Source of the DNA: Haliotis rufescens
Taxonomy: Eukaryota
DNA length: 64,000 bases
NCBI RefSeq assembly: GCF_023055435.1
Contig: NW_025964372.1
Location: 33,108,001 to 33,172,000 of the forward strand
Direction of reading: 5' to 3'
Within the stretch, counting starts at the first letter, position 1. Every line of letters begins with the position of its first letter. The notes beneath the pieces were generated by a model. The model was not told where the DNA came from. It made no database searches and was given only the letters and a program-made list of their open reading frames with translations. The translations under genes were made by a program, and so were the position numbers. This document shows, in pieces, positions 13,053 through 25,982 of the stretch.

Positions 13053-13134
13053 AATCTCACCCGAGTGTCTTTTGATATCATATATATCAACGAGTGTTGA
13101 TATATTTGATATCAAAAGACACTCGGGTGAGATT
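13053..13134. repeat. ~80-bp near-perfect palindrome, probably the end of a non-autonomous DNA element
   Basis: AATCTCACCCGAGTGTCTTTTGATATCA.ATATATCAAC-GAGT-GTTGATATAT.TGATATCAAAAGACACTCGGGTGAGATT. Confidence 0.85.
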
Positions 13135-13687
13135 CTCTATTTATCTACGACAGTTTCACCTGCACAATATAGTAAAGTGGTCGGATTAATAGTACTGGTT
13201 GTTGTCTCCGATTGGTAAATAATTTGTTTTGTGAAACTGGAGGCTAACTTAATTCTGTCCGGCATTTTCTGGAACAAAACGTTGTTTTTTTTCAAACTGT
13301 AAAACGAATTATGTTAATAGGTTTAAGATCTAAACATGTTTAGAAACAAAATATACGTCATTTAGAGTCATGATTAACATGTGTTACAGTTTCATCAAGA
13401 CTAGTATTTAGTACAGTAGCTCAGCTTTGATGGAGAAGGCAAATAACAAATACAATTATTACAACAGAATACGCTGACGTGATATCGCCGGAGTGGCGTA
13501 TAATAATAAGAATACAAAAAAATCGTCGTTTTCTTCACTTATATAATCTCTGCACTTGTACACAGCAGAAAATTAACATATCGTTTTCAGTTTCAACAAA
13601 ATCTGTAAATGCGCTATTGTGTCACTTGATTGTCTGGTTTGTTTCCTGGAAGGATCACTGAAAATCAGTGATGACACCAGGTGTTCG

Positions 13688-13935
13688 GGGGCACGGGTGG
13701 CCCAGTCGTCTAAGGCGCCGCGATTCGCTATGCAGAGTTGCGTCCCTTTGGCACGCCAGAAACCTATGATTGTGGGTTCGAATCCCGGTTCGCCCCAATT
13801 AGGTTTCTAGATTTGTCAGCACCATACCCGCGCTCGTGGGTTTCACCGAAGTGGTAAACGTTTCCTCCCACATTAAGCTGACACGCCGCGAAATAACTGG
13901 AATACTGTTAAAAGCGGCTTTAAACCCAACTCACT
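13688..13935 (+). mobile_element. SINE family B with 13-bp TSD CACCAGGTGTTCG
   Basis: TSD at 13675-13687 and 13936-13948; A/B boxes; (ACTC)n tail. Confidence 0.88.
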
Positions 13936-15043
13936 CACCAGGTGTTCGCGAGAAGAGTAACCACGTCCTAGCAGCAGCCGCCACTAAGAAAATGTGTACG
14001 CTACACTAAGTAGCTTTACTGCTTAACGCCGCACTGCAGGATTTCTGTCATAAGACGGTGACCTGCTTATACATTTTCCCCAGCTATTTTGCCTTTTTAC
14101 AATAGAATCTGTTTGGTGGATAATCGAGGCTGGTTATTGTCTGACGTTAACGTTCTGTTATTTGAATGAAAATAAATCCACATCAGGAGTGAGCAGGAAA
14201 TATGCAAAGGTAGATCAAATGTCCCTTTTCAATTAAATGAAGAGATTTTAATAAGTGATCGATTTGGGTATGATCAGCTTTGACCAACGAAATCAGCTAT
14301 GAGAGTGTGTTTATTACGGTAAAGGGGGCCAACGGCCCATTATACATGAAACTTGATTTAATAAGCGCTGAAGCGCCATATAATATGATTACAGTTTCTG
14401 TTTATGCAAATATTAAATGATGGACATCCATATTATGCAAAATATTTACTACGTTTCTTTAAAGTTAAAAAGATAAATTTAGCCCAATTATTTATGACCG
14501 TGATTTTCTGTGATGTGAATAATAAAATAAGCTTATTGTTCGATGGGAATTTATAATAAAATTCTAGAATAAGACTTTCTCTTAAGTCCTGATAACATGG
14601 ACATTCAAGACAAAAATGTAGTTTTGATTCAATATTAGGTATTACACAAAAGGGCTATGAGTAATTATGAAACGCCAACGCCAGCGAATAACCAGTCTCG
14701 ATTTGTAAGGAAAGAAATGTTGTGAATTGTGTGACAGCATTTTGAAGTGACCAATCACTTAAACATATTATGGGATAAAATATGCTGTGTGAACTATGAG
14801 CCATGCATTAAATACGTCCAACAAATACGTCCTCAAAGCAGTTATCTTAATGGTAATTTTATTCACATCCACTTAAACACTCACATGTGACTGTTGAAGC
14901 ACTTTCTAACCTTCGTCCCACTAAACTGTCATTCTTTAACATATAAAAACCATAACAACATGCGAAAGTAAACAGATCTATCGCGACACAAATTTGATTA
15001 CACCTGATTATAAGACATGAAAGATATAAAATCAGATCACTTT

Positions 15044-15210
15044 GAGTGAGTGAGTGAGTTTGGTTTTACGCCGCTTTTAGCAATATTCCAGCAATATCAC
15101 GGCGGGGGACACCAGAAATGGGCTTCACACATTGTACCCATGTCGGGAATCAAACCCGGATCTTCGGCGTGACGAGCGAACGCTTTAACCACTAGGCTAC
15201 CCGACCGCTC
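15044..15210 (-). mobile_element. SINE family A with TSD CAGATCACTTTGA
   Basis: TSD at 15033 and 15211. Confidence 0.88.
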
Positions 15211-15220
15211 CAGATCACTT

Positions 15221-15435
15221 TGAAGACCGGGGTAGAATTGGTCATCAGCAACGTATGCTTGTCAAAAAGGATGACTAGCGGGATCGGGTGGTCAGGCTTA
15301 CTGACTTGGTTGATGCCACTTCCAGTTGCGTAGATCGATGCACATGATGCCAATGACTGAATTGCCTGTTGCAGACTCGATAATTTACAATTCGCCGCCA
15401 TAAACCTGGAATATTGCTGAGTGCGGCTTTAAACA
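15221..15435 (+). mobile_element. SINE-like family D, degenerate
   Basis: Similarity to 43225-43470. Confidence 0.7.
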
Positions 15436-15634
15436 TACGACAATCATCTGATTACCTGTTCGAGTGAAACCGCCCAGGTGGAGATAGCAGGTGGAGACAC
15501 TATTAATCAAACCACTATTCTATACGACACAGCTGCAGCTGTTATAGATAATATTAATTAAACACATTTCTGTTCACCGATAGAGACGATTGTTAAAACT
15601 GCGTTCCAGCATACTTAAGCTTGCAGAGGTTGGA

Positions 15635-15994
15635 GGTGAGGTGAGGTGAGGTGAAATGGGGTTTAACGTCGCGTCCAAGATTATTGCACTTATATAGCGA
15701 CGTGTGTGTGTGTGTGTGTGTGTGTGGCTGCTTGTACTTGTCCGGACTGATGCCGATTTATAGTGCTAGCTCACTGAGATACCATGCCGCAGTTTAACAT
15801 GAATACCCTACTCAGACACAGTATACTGACTCCGAGCAGACCAGTCCTTGTTTTAGCCCCTTAATTCCGAGCGCCAGACATGGTAACAACAAGTACTATC
15901 TTTTCACGTCTTTTGGTATGACGCGGCTGGGGATCGAACCCCGGACCTTCCGCTCTCCGGGCGGACGCTCTACCATTAGACCACGGAGGCGGTC
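15635..15994 (-). mobile_element. Full-length tRNA-derived SINE family C (Meta/MESC-domain-like)
   Basis: Minus strand GACCGCCTCCGTGGTCTAATGGTAGAGCGTCCGCC...GGTTCGATCCCC..GTCATACCAAAAGAC...; internal (CA)n; (CACCT)n tail. Confidence 0.85.
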
Positions 15995-16218
15995 TGCTGA
16001 GGTTGGACAGCTGAAGGAAAACTACGTGTAACCATTTGACTGTTTGCAGGTGTCACTGGGTAGTTGTCAGATACCCCTGCATGGTAAATATCTTATGTTA
16101 TGTGTATGTGACCACTGAAGTATACACTCTGTGGTAGAATACGAGCCTCAGTCACTTGGAATGAATGCTTATTGTCTAATAAAGACCACCAGGATCCCAG
16201 GATGCCCAAGATTGCTCA

Positions 16219-16447
16219 TGTTTAACGCCGCACTCAGCAATATTCCAGCTATATTACGACGGTCTGTAAATAATCGAGTCGGCACAAGACAGTCCAATTA
16301 TTGACATCATGAGCATCGATCTTCGCAATTGGGATACGATAACATGCATCAACCAAGTCAGCAAGCCTGACCACTCGATCCCTTTAGTCGCCTTATACTG
16401 TAAGAATTGGTTACTGAAGACCTGTTCTAGCCCCGATCTTCACTGGT
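16219..16447 (-). mobile_element. SINE-like family D
   Basis: Family consensus match; inverted partner at 16617-16860. Confidence 0.8.
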
Positions 16448-16616
16448 AGACAAACGTATTTAACAATATAACGTGATTGTTTGTGGAACATGATGATGCC
16501 AAAAACGCCACGATGAAAGCACGGGAAACGTCGTCATACAAAAATGCATACGTATAATAGGTAGTCATAAATACATCACTGATAAACATTTATCCATGGT
16601 TACCAAACACAATCAG

Positions 16617-16860
16617 ACCCATGAAGATCCGGGATAGAATAGGTCTTCAGCAACCAATTCTTACAGTAAAAGACGACTAAAGGGATCGGGTGGTCAGGCT
16701 TGCTGACTTGGTTGATGCATGCCATCGTATCCCAATTGCGTGGATCGATGTTCATGATGTCAATCACTGGATTGTTTGGTCTAGACTTGAATATTTACAG
16801 ACAACCGTCACTATACCTGGAATGGGGTGTTTAACAACAAGCAAACAAACAAAACAAAAC
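16617..16860 (+). mobile_element. SINE-like family D
   Basis: GACCCATGAAGATCCGGGATAGAATAGG... (AAAC)n tail. Confidence 0.8.
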
Positions 16861-17082
16861 ATACAAACATTCACTTGGACAATAGTCAACGAAGCGTACG
16901 TAATATATTCTTGCACTAGGTGCCATGTACGGCAAATAGTCTCCCTTCCATTATTGTGGTAGTGGTGCTGAGGCAATGCTGATTCAGTGCGTCTTGATAT
17001 ACTTGATTTCTTTCATAAATGTACAAATCTCCATGTAAAGAAAACATTCACGTCAAAGCAAAATATACACAATGCAATATCC

Positions 17083-17853
17083 ATAGATGTTATCACGCGA
17101 GCGTGTTTGGGGATGGTAAATATCCTGTATTAGGAATAAACACAATCTCATTAAAATCAGATCTTAGTTCTCGCTATCGCAAAACAAAGATCTGAGGACA
17201 TCCCATTACGGGTCACGTCAGAACGACCTCTCATCCAACCAATCAAAGAGTCGCTTACGAGATCGTGAAAGTGACAATCGGAATGTGTTTTCTCATCATG
17301 CAACCTCGAAAACCTTAACACGGGGTATTCCGAATGACAGTTACGGCTCGTACGACTGATTCCGTCATATTTATCGTCTGTCTCTCGCTTCCGTGGGTCA
17401 AACATTTGAACGGAGGAGGCGTTGCACAGTACATGGGAAATACTGTCATACAATCTCAACCATATATTAGACATTCCGGATTGTTCGTTTGTTCAGTTTT
17501 CAAAATTTTAATCGAGAACTGTGCCAACATATTTTTCAAGCGTATTCTGAAATTGAAGTCGCCAGGTTGAAACGAGTGCCGTTTAGCTCGAGAAAGCTGC
17601 TTTCTAATTGGCTGATGTCGACTTCTTGTTAGTCATTTCAGTGATCGGTCAAAGTTCGCGAAAGGTCGTTCTGACATGACCCGTAATGGGATGTCCTCAG
17701 ATCTGTGTTTAGCGGCAGTGAGAACTTAGATCTGATTTTAATGAGATTGGAATAAACATTGTATTTAGCGAGCCTTGGCAATCTAAATACATAGTTTTAT
17801 TCCTAATACAGGATATATACCATCCCCAAACACACAAGCGTGATAACCTCTTT
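17083..17853. mobile_element. Short palindromic MITE (~160 bp) interrupted by a second MITE
   Basis: ~55-bp inverted arms GTTATCACGC..GTGTTTGGGGATGGTA.ATATCCTGTATTAGGAATAAA at 17089-17140 and 17797-17847. Confidence 0.75.
17143..17749. mobile_element. MITE with ~85-bp TIRs and 9-bp TSD (Mutator/MULE-like)
   Basis: TIR CAATCTCATTAAAATCAGATCT...AGAACGACCT; TSD GAATAAACA at 17134-17142 and 17750-17758. Confidence 0.88.
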
Positions 17854-19249
17854 ATCATATAAGTCATTCTTTAATTCTGTGCTTGAAAATCGCTTTCCCT
17901 CTCTCACAAACATTACCTAAACAGTTTTCCTCGCATTAATATTTATTACGTCACAGGGAAAGTGGTGTGTCAGTCGGACAGTGACAGTAGCCAATATAGT
18001 CCCAACTGAAATCTGTTTCTTATACAGTGGCGAAGCAACATATACGCAAAACAACAATTGTTTTTACTTGCATTTCGCGGCAGTCCATCGGTCTGTCCGC
18101 TAGAGTAACTGCCCTTTGTCAAAGGGAAGCTACTCTACCCATAGTCTATGAGACGTCATGGCCACGTTCAGACGTTTTTGACAGTCGGCCTGTCCTGTCA
18201 AAACGTCAAGAAGTGCAATCAGATGTACACACAGCGACAAAACGAAACAAGGTAACAATTCAAATATATTTCGGCCAAATCCAACTATTTTATTTGTGGA
18301 AAAGGTTTCAAGCCGCAGAGGTCTACAAGCACAGATATGGCAACTGATCCCACTTGGCTAGGCCTAGTGCTCTAGCAAAAATGTTTCGAAATTTATATCT
18401 CCAAAGTTGCCAAAACTTGTAAAATGCATTAGCGACGTCACAGTTAGACACTGATTTTAAGTATATTAGATTGTTCTTTTGATAATGATAGCAATTATCT
18501 CTGTAGTTTATCCAGATTCCCGATGGTTAATTCTGACTAGTTTGCCGAAAGACAAGGGCGACGCCTATGTTTGTTTATAAACACTAAAAGTAGTCCCTAC
18601 TTGATATTTGTATCTCTTTCCGCATATGACCCCAACGGATATCGTTTTTATCTGTTGGCTTCATCCTGCCGAGAAACCTACCCATCATATGATAAATTCA
18701 ATTATCCATACATACCAGGAATTCAAAACAATTATCTTTCTTTACTCTTTTAAGGTTATACACAACAAAGCGCCATGTGTTCATGTTTTTGCAACTTCTA
18801 AATGGCGAGCAAAGACATCATACGTCCATTAATTTAAGACGAAAAACTCATGCATGTTAACGTGGGACACGGGTGGCCCAGTTGTCATAGGTTCCGAAAT
18901 TCGCCATGCAGAGTTGCGTCGCTTGCGTCAGAAACCTTTGATTGTGGGTTTGAATCCGAATTCCCCCAATTATGTTTCTAGGCTTGTCAGCATCATGATG
19001 AATGGTTTTCACTATGATGCCTTTTTGTGAATGTAAAGTATTGTACTTAATGCAATCAGGAACAGTGCATTGCATATATGTAGCAACACCACAGACATCC
19101 ATGATCTTCATGAATAATACCAATGTATGTCACAGCGACCGATTGGGGACGACTTCTGTCTTAATGAACATTTAATTCCAAAGGCTAATTACCCTGTAGC
19201 CATGACATGTATATGTCTAGAATCACTTAATTGCCAATCGATGTCTGCA

Positions 19250-20614
19250 TGTCTAAGTGAAGAGCTACAAGAATATTTCAGAATCTTGGATTCACGAATT
19301 CAAATAATACGTAACAAAGAGCGAAAGGGTTTGATACTTTCAAGACTGCAAGGGGAAGAGAAATCACATGGTGAAGTCGTGGTTTTCCTTGATGCTCATA
19401 TGGAGGTTTGTGAGGGTTGGGCAGAACCACTGCTGGAGAGGATTAAGACACGCTCAAGTTGCAGGGGAGGGTTTAGATGGGACATGAGGTAAGACTGGAA
19501 TGCAATTTATTAAATAACGGGTCGTATGTAACCATTATCCTTGCCGTGCGTGTCACATTTTTGAATAGTATTGTAATTTGTCAATTTATTTTAAAGTAAC
19601 GTGGGCAGTCGATCTGTTTTATTAGAAAACTAATCTTATATTAATCAAATAAGGCTACATCACGAAATTTGGGAAGAGAGACACAAATAATCCTGGACAA
19701 AGATGTTTTCCTCGATGATGAACCCTGGTTAAGGCCGGCTGTGGTACAGACAAACCAAGAATCATAATAGGAGCGTATCTAAGTTTCGAAGTTGTGATTA
19801 TGCGAATTCTGTTCTAAAGGATGCACTACAACCATGCGGTGTTCCCTACATTACATTTAAAACCATGCGTCATGTTTGCTATGCAAAATGTATGAAGACA
19901 GTCATTTTGTTATTTGGTCACACTTCTCGATTATGCTGACACCCTATTTTCTGTTTGAAACGTCAATATGCCAAATATACAATGCTGGTATACCTGTCAT
20001 GTTCATCTCAACAGGTACGCTTGGTTTCCTCTACCTCCATATTTGAATCAGTTTCGGGGCTCCGACTGGGAACCATTTCCGACACCAGTTCTACAAGGAT
20101 CCTGCACCGCCGTCAGAAAGTCCTTCTTTAATGCCGTCGGACGTTTCGATCCAGGCCTTGAGATCTTGGGAGATGAACACTTTGACCTATCCTTTAATGT
20201 CTGGATTACAGGAGGAAGAATTGAAACAGTACCTTGTTCAAAGGTTGGCCACATCTACAAGGGAAACAAATACAGTTTTGGTTCAAATGAAAGGGAATAT
20301 ACGATTTTCAATAATAGTCCACGTGTATCGGAGGTATGGATGGATGAATATAAATATTTTGTCCGTGCTGCAATCTCCCATATTCTTAATCCACTGCCAG
20401 TGTTTACGGAAGCTGATCTGAGGTCTTTACAGGAAAGAAAGAAGTTGCGACAAGAGCGTAATAGTAAGTCATTTGCTTGGTTCTTGAAGAGTATATTTTT
20501 GCTTCTCAAGCTCAATCCACACTTCCGATCCACACTGGGAAGGATCTGGTACAATTACAGACATGTGCCCAAAAAAACGAATACCAAACATGGACGTTTA
20601 TGTTCAGATTTTAG
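19250..20614 (+). pseudogene. GALNT: GALNT pseudogene (5'-truncated, internally deleted paralogue of the plus-strand array)
   Basis: Exon 2 remnant 19250-19488 with internal deletion (ERIK|TRSSC); exon 3 from ~20015 has WGGE->LGDE and loses ~320 nt of the lectin domain at a GAGT microhomology with frameshift; 3' flank matches 31073+ and 39043+. Confidence 0.88.
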
Positions 20615-20855
20615 TGACGAAACGAAGTCTGTGAACAATTCTTTGATAAATATTTGGATAAAACTGAAAAACAAATCACCTTGGTGACCTTTGGACTGAT
20701 TTTCAGAAAAATACACAATATTTAATCTGAACGTTAAAACAGAACACTCAAACATTTATTGTTACGTTTTGAAGTTCTAGGAAGGAAATGATGATAACAT
20801 TCACACAAAATGTCACCAAACCTAAACACCCAGTCTATATGGGTTGCTAGGTACC

Positions 20856-21400
20856 CATCTTTCCGAGGCAAGTGAGTTAACTGACTATAAAAGTCCAGTT
20901 TTTATCCTTGCCAAACTAGGCTGGTATTATGGAGTTACATTTTGGCTGGACTAACGAGTCTATGCATAGTCCAATCAAAATCGCGCACCAAAATCGAAAT
21001 CTGGTTCGTAAAGTGTCATGCAGATTTCGGTCGACTGCACGATTTGAAAAGCATGTGCACCGCTAACTCGTTGTCAACCGATATTTTCTATATCTTTTCA
21101 TGTTAATAATCAAGGTGCTCACAGGATTTGATGCACTTCACGATGAAAGATTCGTTTGATCACAATATAGATCTTGATTATCGATCAGATCGTCTTGACT
21201 GGGCGCCACCGTTTCGTTTGAAGCAAATGCAAGTGATACGAGAGGTTGAATCTGATTGGTCAATAGGAGAGGCATAGAAAGGACATTACTCGTAAGAGCC
21301 ACTGGTGGCGCTACGATCGAGCCCAGGAATTCCAGCCTTGTTCGGCAAGGGTGGAAACTGGACTTTTAAAGTCAGTTAACTCTCTTGCCTCGGGAAGATG
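20856..21400. mobile_element. MITE with ~65-bp TIRs, CAT...ATG ends and 8-bp TSD (P- or hAT-type)
   Basis: TIR CATCTT.CCGAGGCAAG.GAGTTAACTGACT.TAAAAGTCCAGTTT; TSD TAGGTACC at 20848-20855 and 21401-21408; empty sites at ~31307 and ~39274. Confidence 0.9.
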
Positions 21401-21490
21401 TAGGTACCAGATCTGAAAAAAAGGTCTTGAGTTGACATTGTCAGTGGTTTACTATACAATATAATTTTATTGCGTTCCATTAAAGTCAAG

Positions 21491-21763
21491 GAGTGAGTGA
21501 GTTTGGTTTAACGCCGCTTTTAACAGTATTCCAATTATATCGTGGCGTGTCAGCTTAATGTGGGAGGAAAGCCCGAAGAGATGCAGGTCTCAGACGTTTA
21601 CCACTGAAACCCACGAGCACGGGTATGGTGCTGACAAACCTAGAAACATAATCAGGGCGAACCGGGATTCGAACCCACAATCAAAGGTTCCTGGCATGCC
21701 CAAGGGACGCAACCCAGGACAGCGAATCGCGGCGTCTTAGACGACTGGGCCACCCGTGCCCCC
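21491..21763 (-). mobile_element. SINE family B
   Basis: Family match; absent at the paralogous sites ~31405 and ~39372. Confidence 0.85.
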
Positions 21764-22254
21764 TTAAAATGAAGGAAAAGCATTACGATTGAGTGTAATA
21801 ATTTCAATAGATATTTGCAAATGTATTGTATCATTGAGATATTGAAAAATATGCATAAGTGATTGATATTATAAGCAATGATCAAAGCCATCAAGCAAAT
21901 CTCCAAACCTGACCATCCGAATATGTCTAATAAAACTTCGGCTAGTTTTTTAAAGTTTGTGATTTGTTGAAATATCTGTGATCAAACTCTTGGTCTGAAC
22001 AAATTCCTCATGGATCATAGACTGAAGTGTTTCCTTGAGTTTGTACTGTAGGATGGTGGTTGAAAAATCAAACGTTTTGACATAATTGAATTTTATTATA
22101 TACATATGAATGAAATACTGGAATTTATCAGTGACGATAGATCAAGTTATTAGTCACTAATGACTGATATAAACAAGGTGCCGGAACTACTTTCTCCTGA
22201 ATCAAAACATTAAAAAGTTATCCCCCTTTGTTTACGTCTGCTAAGCAACAATAA

Positions 22255-24714
22255 ATGGACGAAATGGACACTTCTGACATTGATTTATTGTTAAGTCAAG
22301 TTGACATTGATTTTGAAATTTTGAAAAGAAAGAAAACAGCAGATTTGCCAAAGTGACAGTTGAGGATGTGGACCAGTTTCTGGACACTGAGGTAAATCAG
22401 AACACTAAAAGAAAGACGGAGCAGAATGTAAGAGTCTTCCAGGAATTTTTGGAGGCCAATCTGGAATTCAGAGAGTTTACAGTCAAGCCTCCGACTGAGC
22501 TGAGCAATTATTTGAGCATGTTCATCTTGTCCGTGAAAATGAAAGATGGTGGGGAGTATGAGCCTTCCAGTCTTTGGTCATTCATCAGCTCAATTCAGCG
22601 GGTTATGAAAAAGAAAGGGTATAACAAAACAATTGATGATGTAGAATTTTCTAAAATGAAAGAAACCCTCACACTGAAACAAAAGTCTCTAAAATCCCAG
22701 GGTAAATGGAATAAACCCAAAGCAGCGGTTGAGTTAAGTGACGCAAATATAGAAGAAATGAATGCTCTTGACAAACTTGGCCCCCAAAATCCCCAATCAC
22801 TACTTCACTCAATGTGGTTTATTTGTACCATGCATTTTGGGATGCAAACCGGAAATGAATGCCACAATCTTACATGGGGCGATGTTGTCCTACTTACCGA
22901 TGATGATGGTACAGAGTACTTTCAGTACGACAGTGAGCGGCAGACCAAGACCAGGACTGGAGCAGATGCGAGAAATATGCGGGACACCAAGCCTCGTGCT
23001 TATGCAATCCCTCAGACACCAGAGAAAGACCCAGTTGCCTTGTACAAGCTGTACCGGGAGAAGCGACCAGATGCGATGCTCTCTGGCGACACTCCATTCT
23101 TTCTTGCCATCAACTACCAAAAACAAAAAAGTGGTTCATGGTTTGAAAAAAATGCCATGGGAATCAACACAATTTATGACATAATGAAAGACATGAAAAG
23201 CGGAACAACATTTGAACAAAATGAACGCATAACACCCTTCAGGTAAACATTACATTAATCACGACAGATTCTAAAACATAAATAAAAATATACATAATAT
23301 GAAACACAATACTGCTTTACAACAGCCATAATTCAACATGTTCAACTGGCTGCAAAACATTAATCATAATTAAAACTTTCAAATTACCCCTTGTTATAAT
23401 AACCTGAGTAAGAAAGAAAGATTATCATTATTTCTATTAAATATAGCAAACTCAGTCCAAAATTCTGGTTTGGGAAAATATGTCATAATTTCAAATTAAA
23501 CTGAATACATACATTATTCTCATGCTGATATATGCCCATTGTTTCATTGCAGTGTGAGAAAACATCTGGTGCAGAAACTGAACGACAAGGGCCTCCCCCC
23601 GAACCAAATTATGCACACAACGGGTAATATTTGTTTTTTGCAGATCAAAGTGAACATGAATCATTAGGCAAACATGATGAATTTTCTGCAAATTTAACTG
23701 CCAGATAATATAGCATATAGTATCCCCACATGAGGACTGCATCGATAAAAATACCACCTGCATGCATTGGAATTATTTATATTTACAGGTAAATTTTAGT
23801 ATTCTCAAATTTTCACTCTTCTGCAATACCTCATTTGAACACATTGTCCAATATACCTGAAACTAACAATATACCTGAAACTAACAATATACCTGAAACT
23901 AACAATATACCTGAAACTAACAATACACTGTATACCTGAAACTAACAATATACCTGAAACTAACAATATACCTGAAACTAACAATACACCTGAAACTAAC
24001 AATATACCTGAAACTAACAATGTACCTGAAACTAACAATATACCCGAAACTAACAATATACCTGAAACTAACAATATACCTGAAACTAACAATATACCTG
24101 AAACTAACAATATACCTTTGTTTGACTAATAACCATTAAAATATCAATTTCTTTTCCTATATGGACTATTTCTTTCAAATGCACATACAATTCCATTATT
24201 GTATCAGCATAAACTATCACATTCTAACTTCTAACAGCAGACTGAGGAATTATATTATAATCATGAAATGTTAGCCTACTTACAGTCATATGAGACTACG
24301 TACTTTTAATTGATAAATTAATTTATAAAAATAATTATAAATTATATATCGTCATACTCTAATTTAACAGGTCACCAGAATGTGAATTCCATCAACCAGT
24401 ACAGTCACCTTAATTCCAATCAACAAAAAAACATCTCGCACCTGTTGTCCGACAACACATCAATGGAAATGGGGTCAACAGGTGCGATCTGTCCTACACA
24501 CCGAGTCGGACCCATCTGCACGGTCAGTCCACCTGCCTCAGATGCCGACTGTATTCAGTCTCAACGGCAGGTGCATAACTTCTCTTCAACTGACAACAAG
24601 AACTTCTTGACGAGTCTGATGTCTAGAAATAACATCTATGGCAATGTTAATATCACTCTTGCGCCGGACATGCTTCGCCAGACACTAGGAACAACTGGCG
24701 ACAGCGAGATGTAA
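22255..24714 (+). pseudogene. Crypton tyrosine recombinase (DUF3504-like), exons 22255..23242 (frameshift near 22330), 23553..23623, 24371..24714
   Basis: NTKRKT, DGGEYEPSSL, HFGMQ (catalytic R->Q), RQTKTRTG, DPVALYKLY..KRP; after GT-AG splicing it continues TPFSVRKHLVQKL...IMHTTGHQNVNSINQYS (xxxR, H, Y of the tetrad). Confidence 0.82.
23849..24117. repeat. 18-bp minisatellite (CAATATACCTGAAACTAA)n inside Crypton intron 2
   Basis: About 14 tandem units; source of the spurious (LLVSGI)n ORF. Confidence 0.95.
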
Positions 24715-25354
24715 CGCCGAGGCGAGAAGCGCCCGCTTGAATTTTCCGAGAATTGAACTTTCCTAATTTAATTCATGACAGCAAGCAACAATGTTTCAGT
24801 TAAAATGTTCGGGTTCTATAAATGTGTTTATACTTTCATACTTATCTGTGAGAAAATTTGATCAAATTTTGCGGATTTTGCAAGCCTTGAGAGCGCTCAG
24901 CTGATCGTTCGACATGGTCATAGTACTAACTGTTTATGTATTCCTACGCCAATAAAATAATCGCTGTTTGAAAATGATTTCTGTTTTCATTTTGAACAGG
25001 AATGTTTAATTATGACAAACAAAAATGTCCACGGAACTTAATACTCGATATGAAATAATATATTTCGCATAACATATATTAACAGGGGTAGTTTTATTCA
25101 TGAACTATATTCTTTTCTCAAACCCCCTTTATACGGCGGTGGTAAAGGGGCGACAGGGAGAACTTAGTAATTTATCAGACACTGTTTTCGAAAAAATACA
25201 TAAATTGCAAGTAATAAAAATAAAACATGCATATAATAAATAGAAAATTCAGTCACGAGTGAAAATGTTAGACTCTCCCCACTTCACTTGATGAGATAAA
25301 ACTGGTATTTGAGAAAACACATTAAATATCCTCTATTATTTAAATTTTAAATAT

Positions 25355-25582
25355 GGTTGGTTGCTTAGTTGGTTGTTTTACGCCACACTCAGCAATATTC
25401 CAACTATATGACGGCGGTCTGTAAAAAATCGAGTCTGCACCAGACAATCCAGTGATTGATATCATGACCATCACTCAGTATCCACTCAATTGAGATCGAT
25501 GACATGCATCAACCAAGTCAGCGAGTCTGTTTGACCACCCGATTCTGTTGAAGACCTATTCTAGCCCGGATCTTCGCGGATC
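25355..25582 (-). mobile_element. SINE-like family D upstream of GALNT copy A (paralogues at 31978-32236 and 39928-40186)
   Basis: Family consensus match. Confidence 0.75.
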
Positions 25583-25982
25583 ATATTTATCATGTATACG
25601 AGAATATCACACACTTGATGGTCGTGGATGGGGTTAAATAAATTATAATTTAATTGTGTTCATTGTGAAAGGGAAGGAAACCGATTATAATTGTGTTTGG
25701 TATTAACAATAGATTTCGGCAAATGTGACATTATAATTGATATATGAACATAAATGAATATTAAAACGGATTGGTATTATATGCAATGATCCACGCTGCC
25801 TAGCAAATTACAAAACCAATTCATTTGGAGATGTCTTTGGGCTAGTTCTTTAAAGTATATGATGTATTTGAAAATTGATTTTTCAGCATCTGTGAGCAAA
25901 TCATTCATGCAGCAGGTGGTTTGAATGCTACATCATTATCGGAATTATCAGTCTATTGGTCAGTCATATGAAATCAAGCGAG

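Larger units (their letters stand above)
22098..25337 (+). mobile_element. Crypton-type tyrosine-recombinase DNA transposon (~3.2 kb)
   Basis: Absent from paralogous intergenic copies (~31965, ~39915); no long TIRs; encodes a spliced tyrosine recombinase. Confidence 0.85.

Noticed and set aside
22353-23246. Host ZMYM/KCTD1/QRICH1-type domesticated gene
   Set aside because: Frameshifted, and absent from paralogous sites, so it behaves as a mobile Crypton insertion
23805-24110. (LLVSGI)n hydrophobic repeat protein
   Set aside because: Translation of an 18-bp intronic minisatellite
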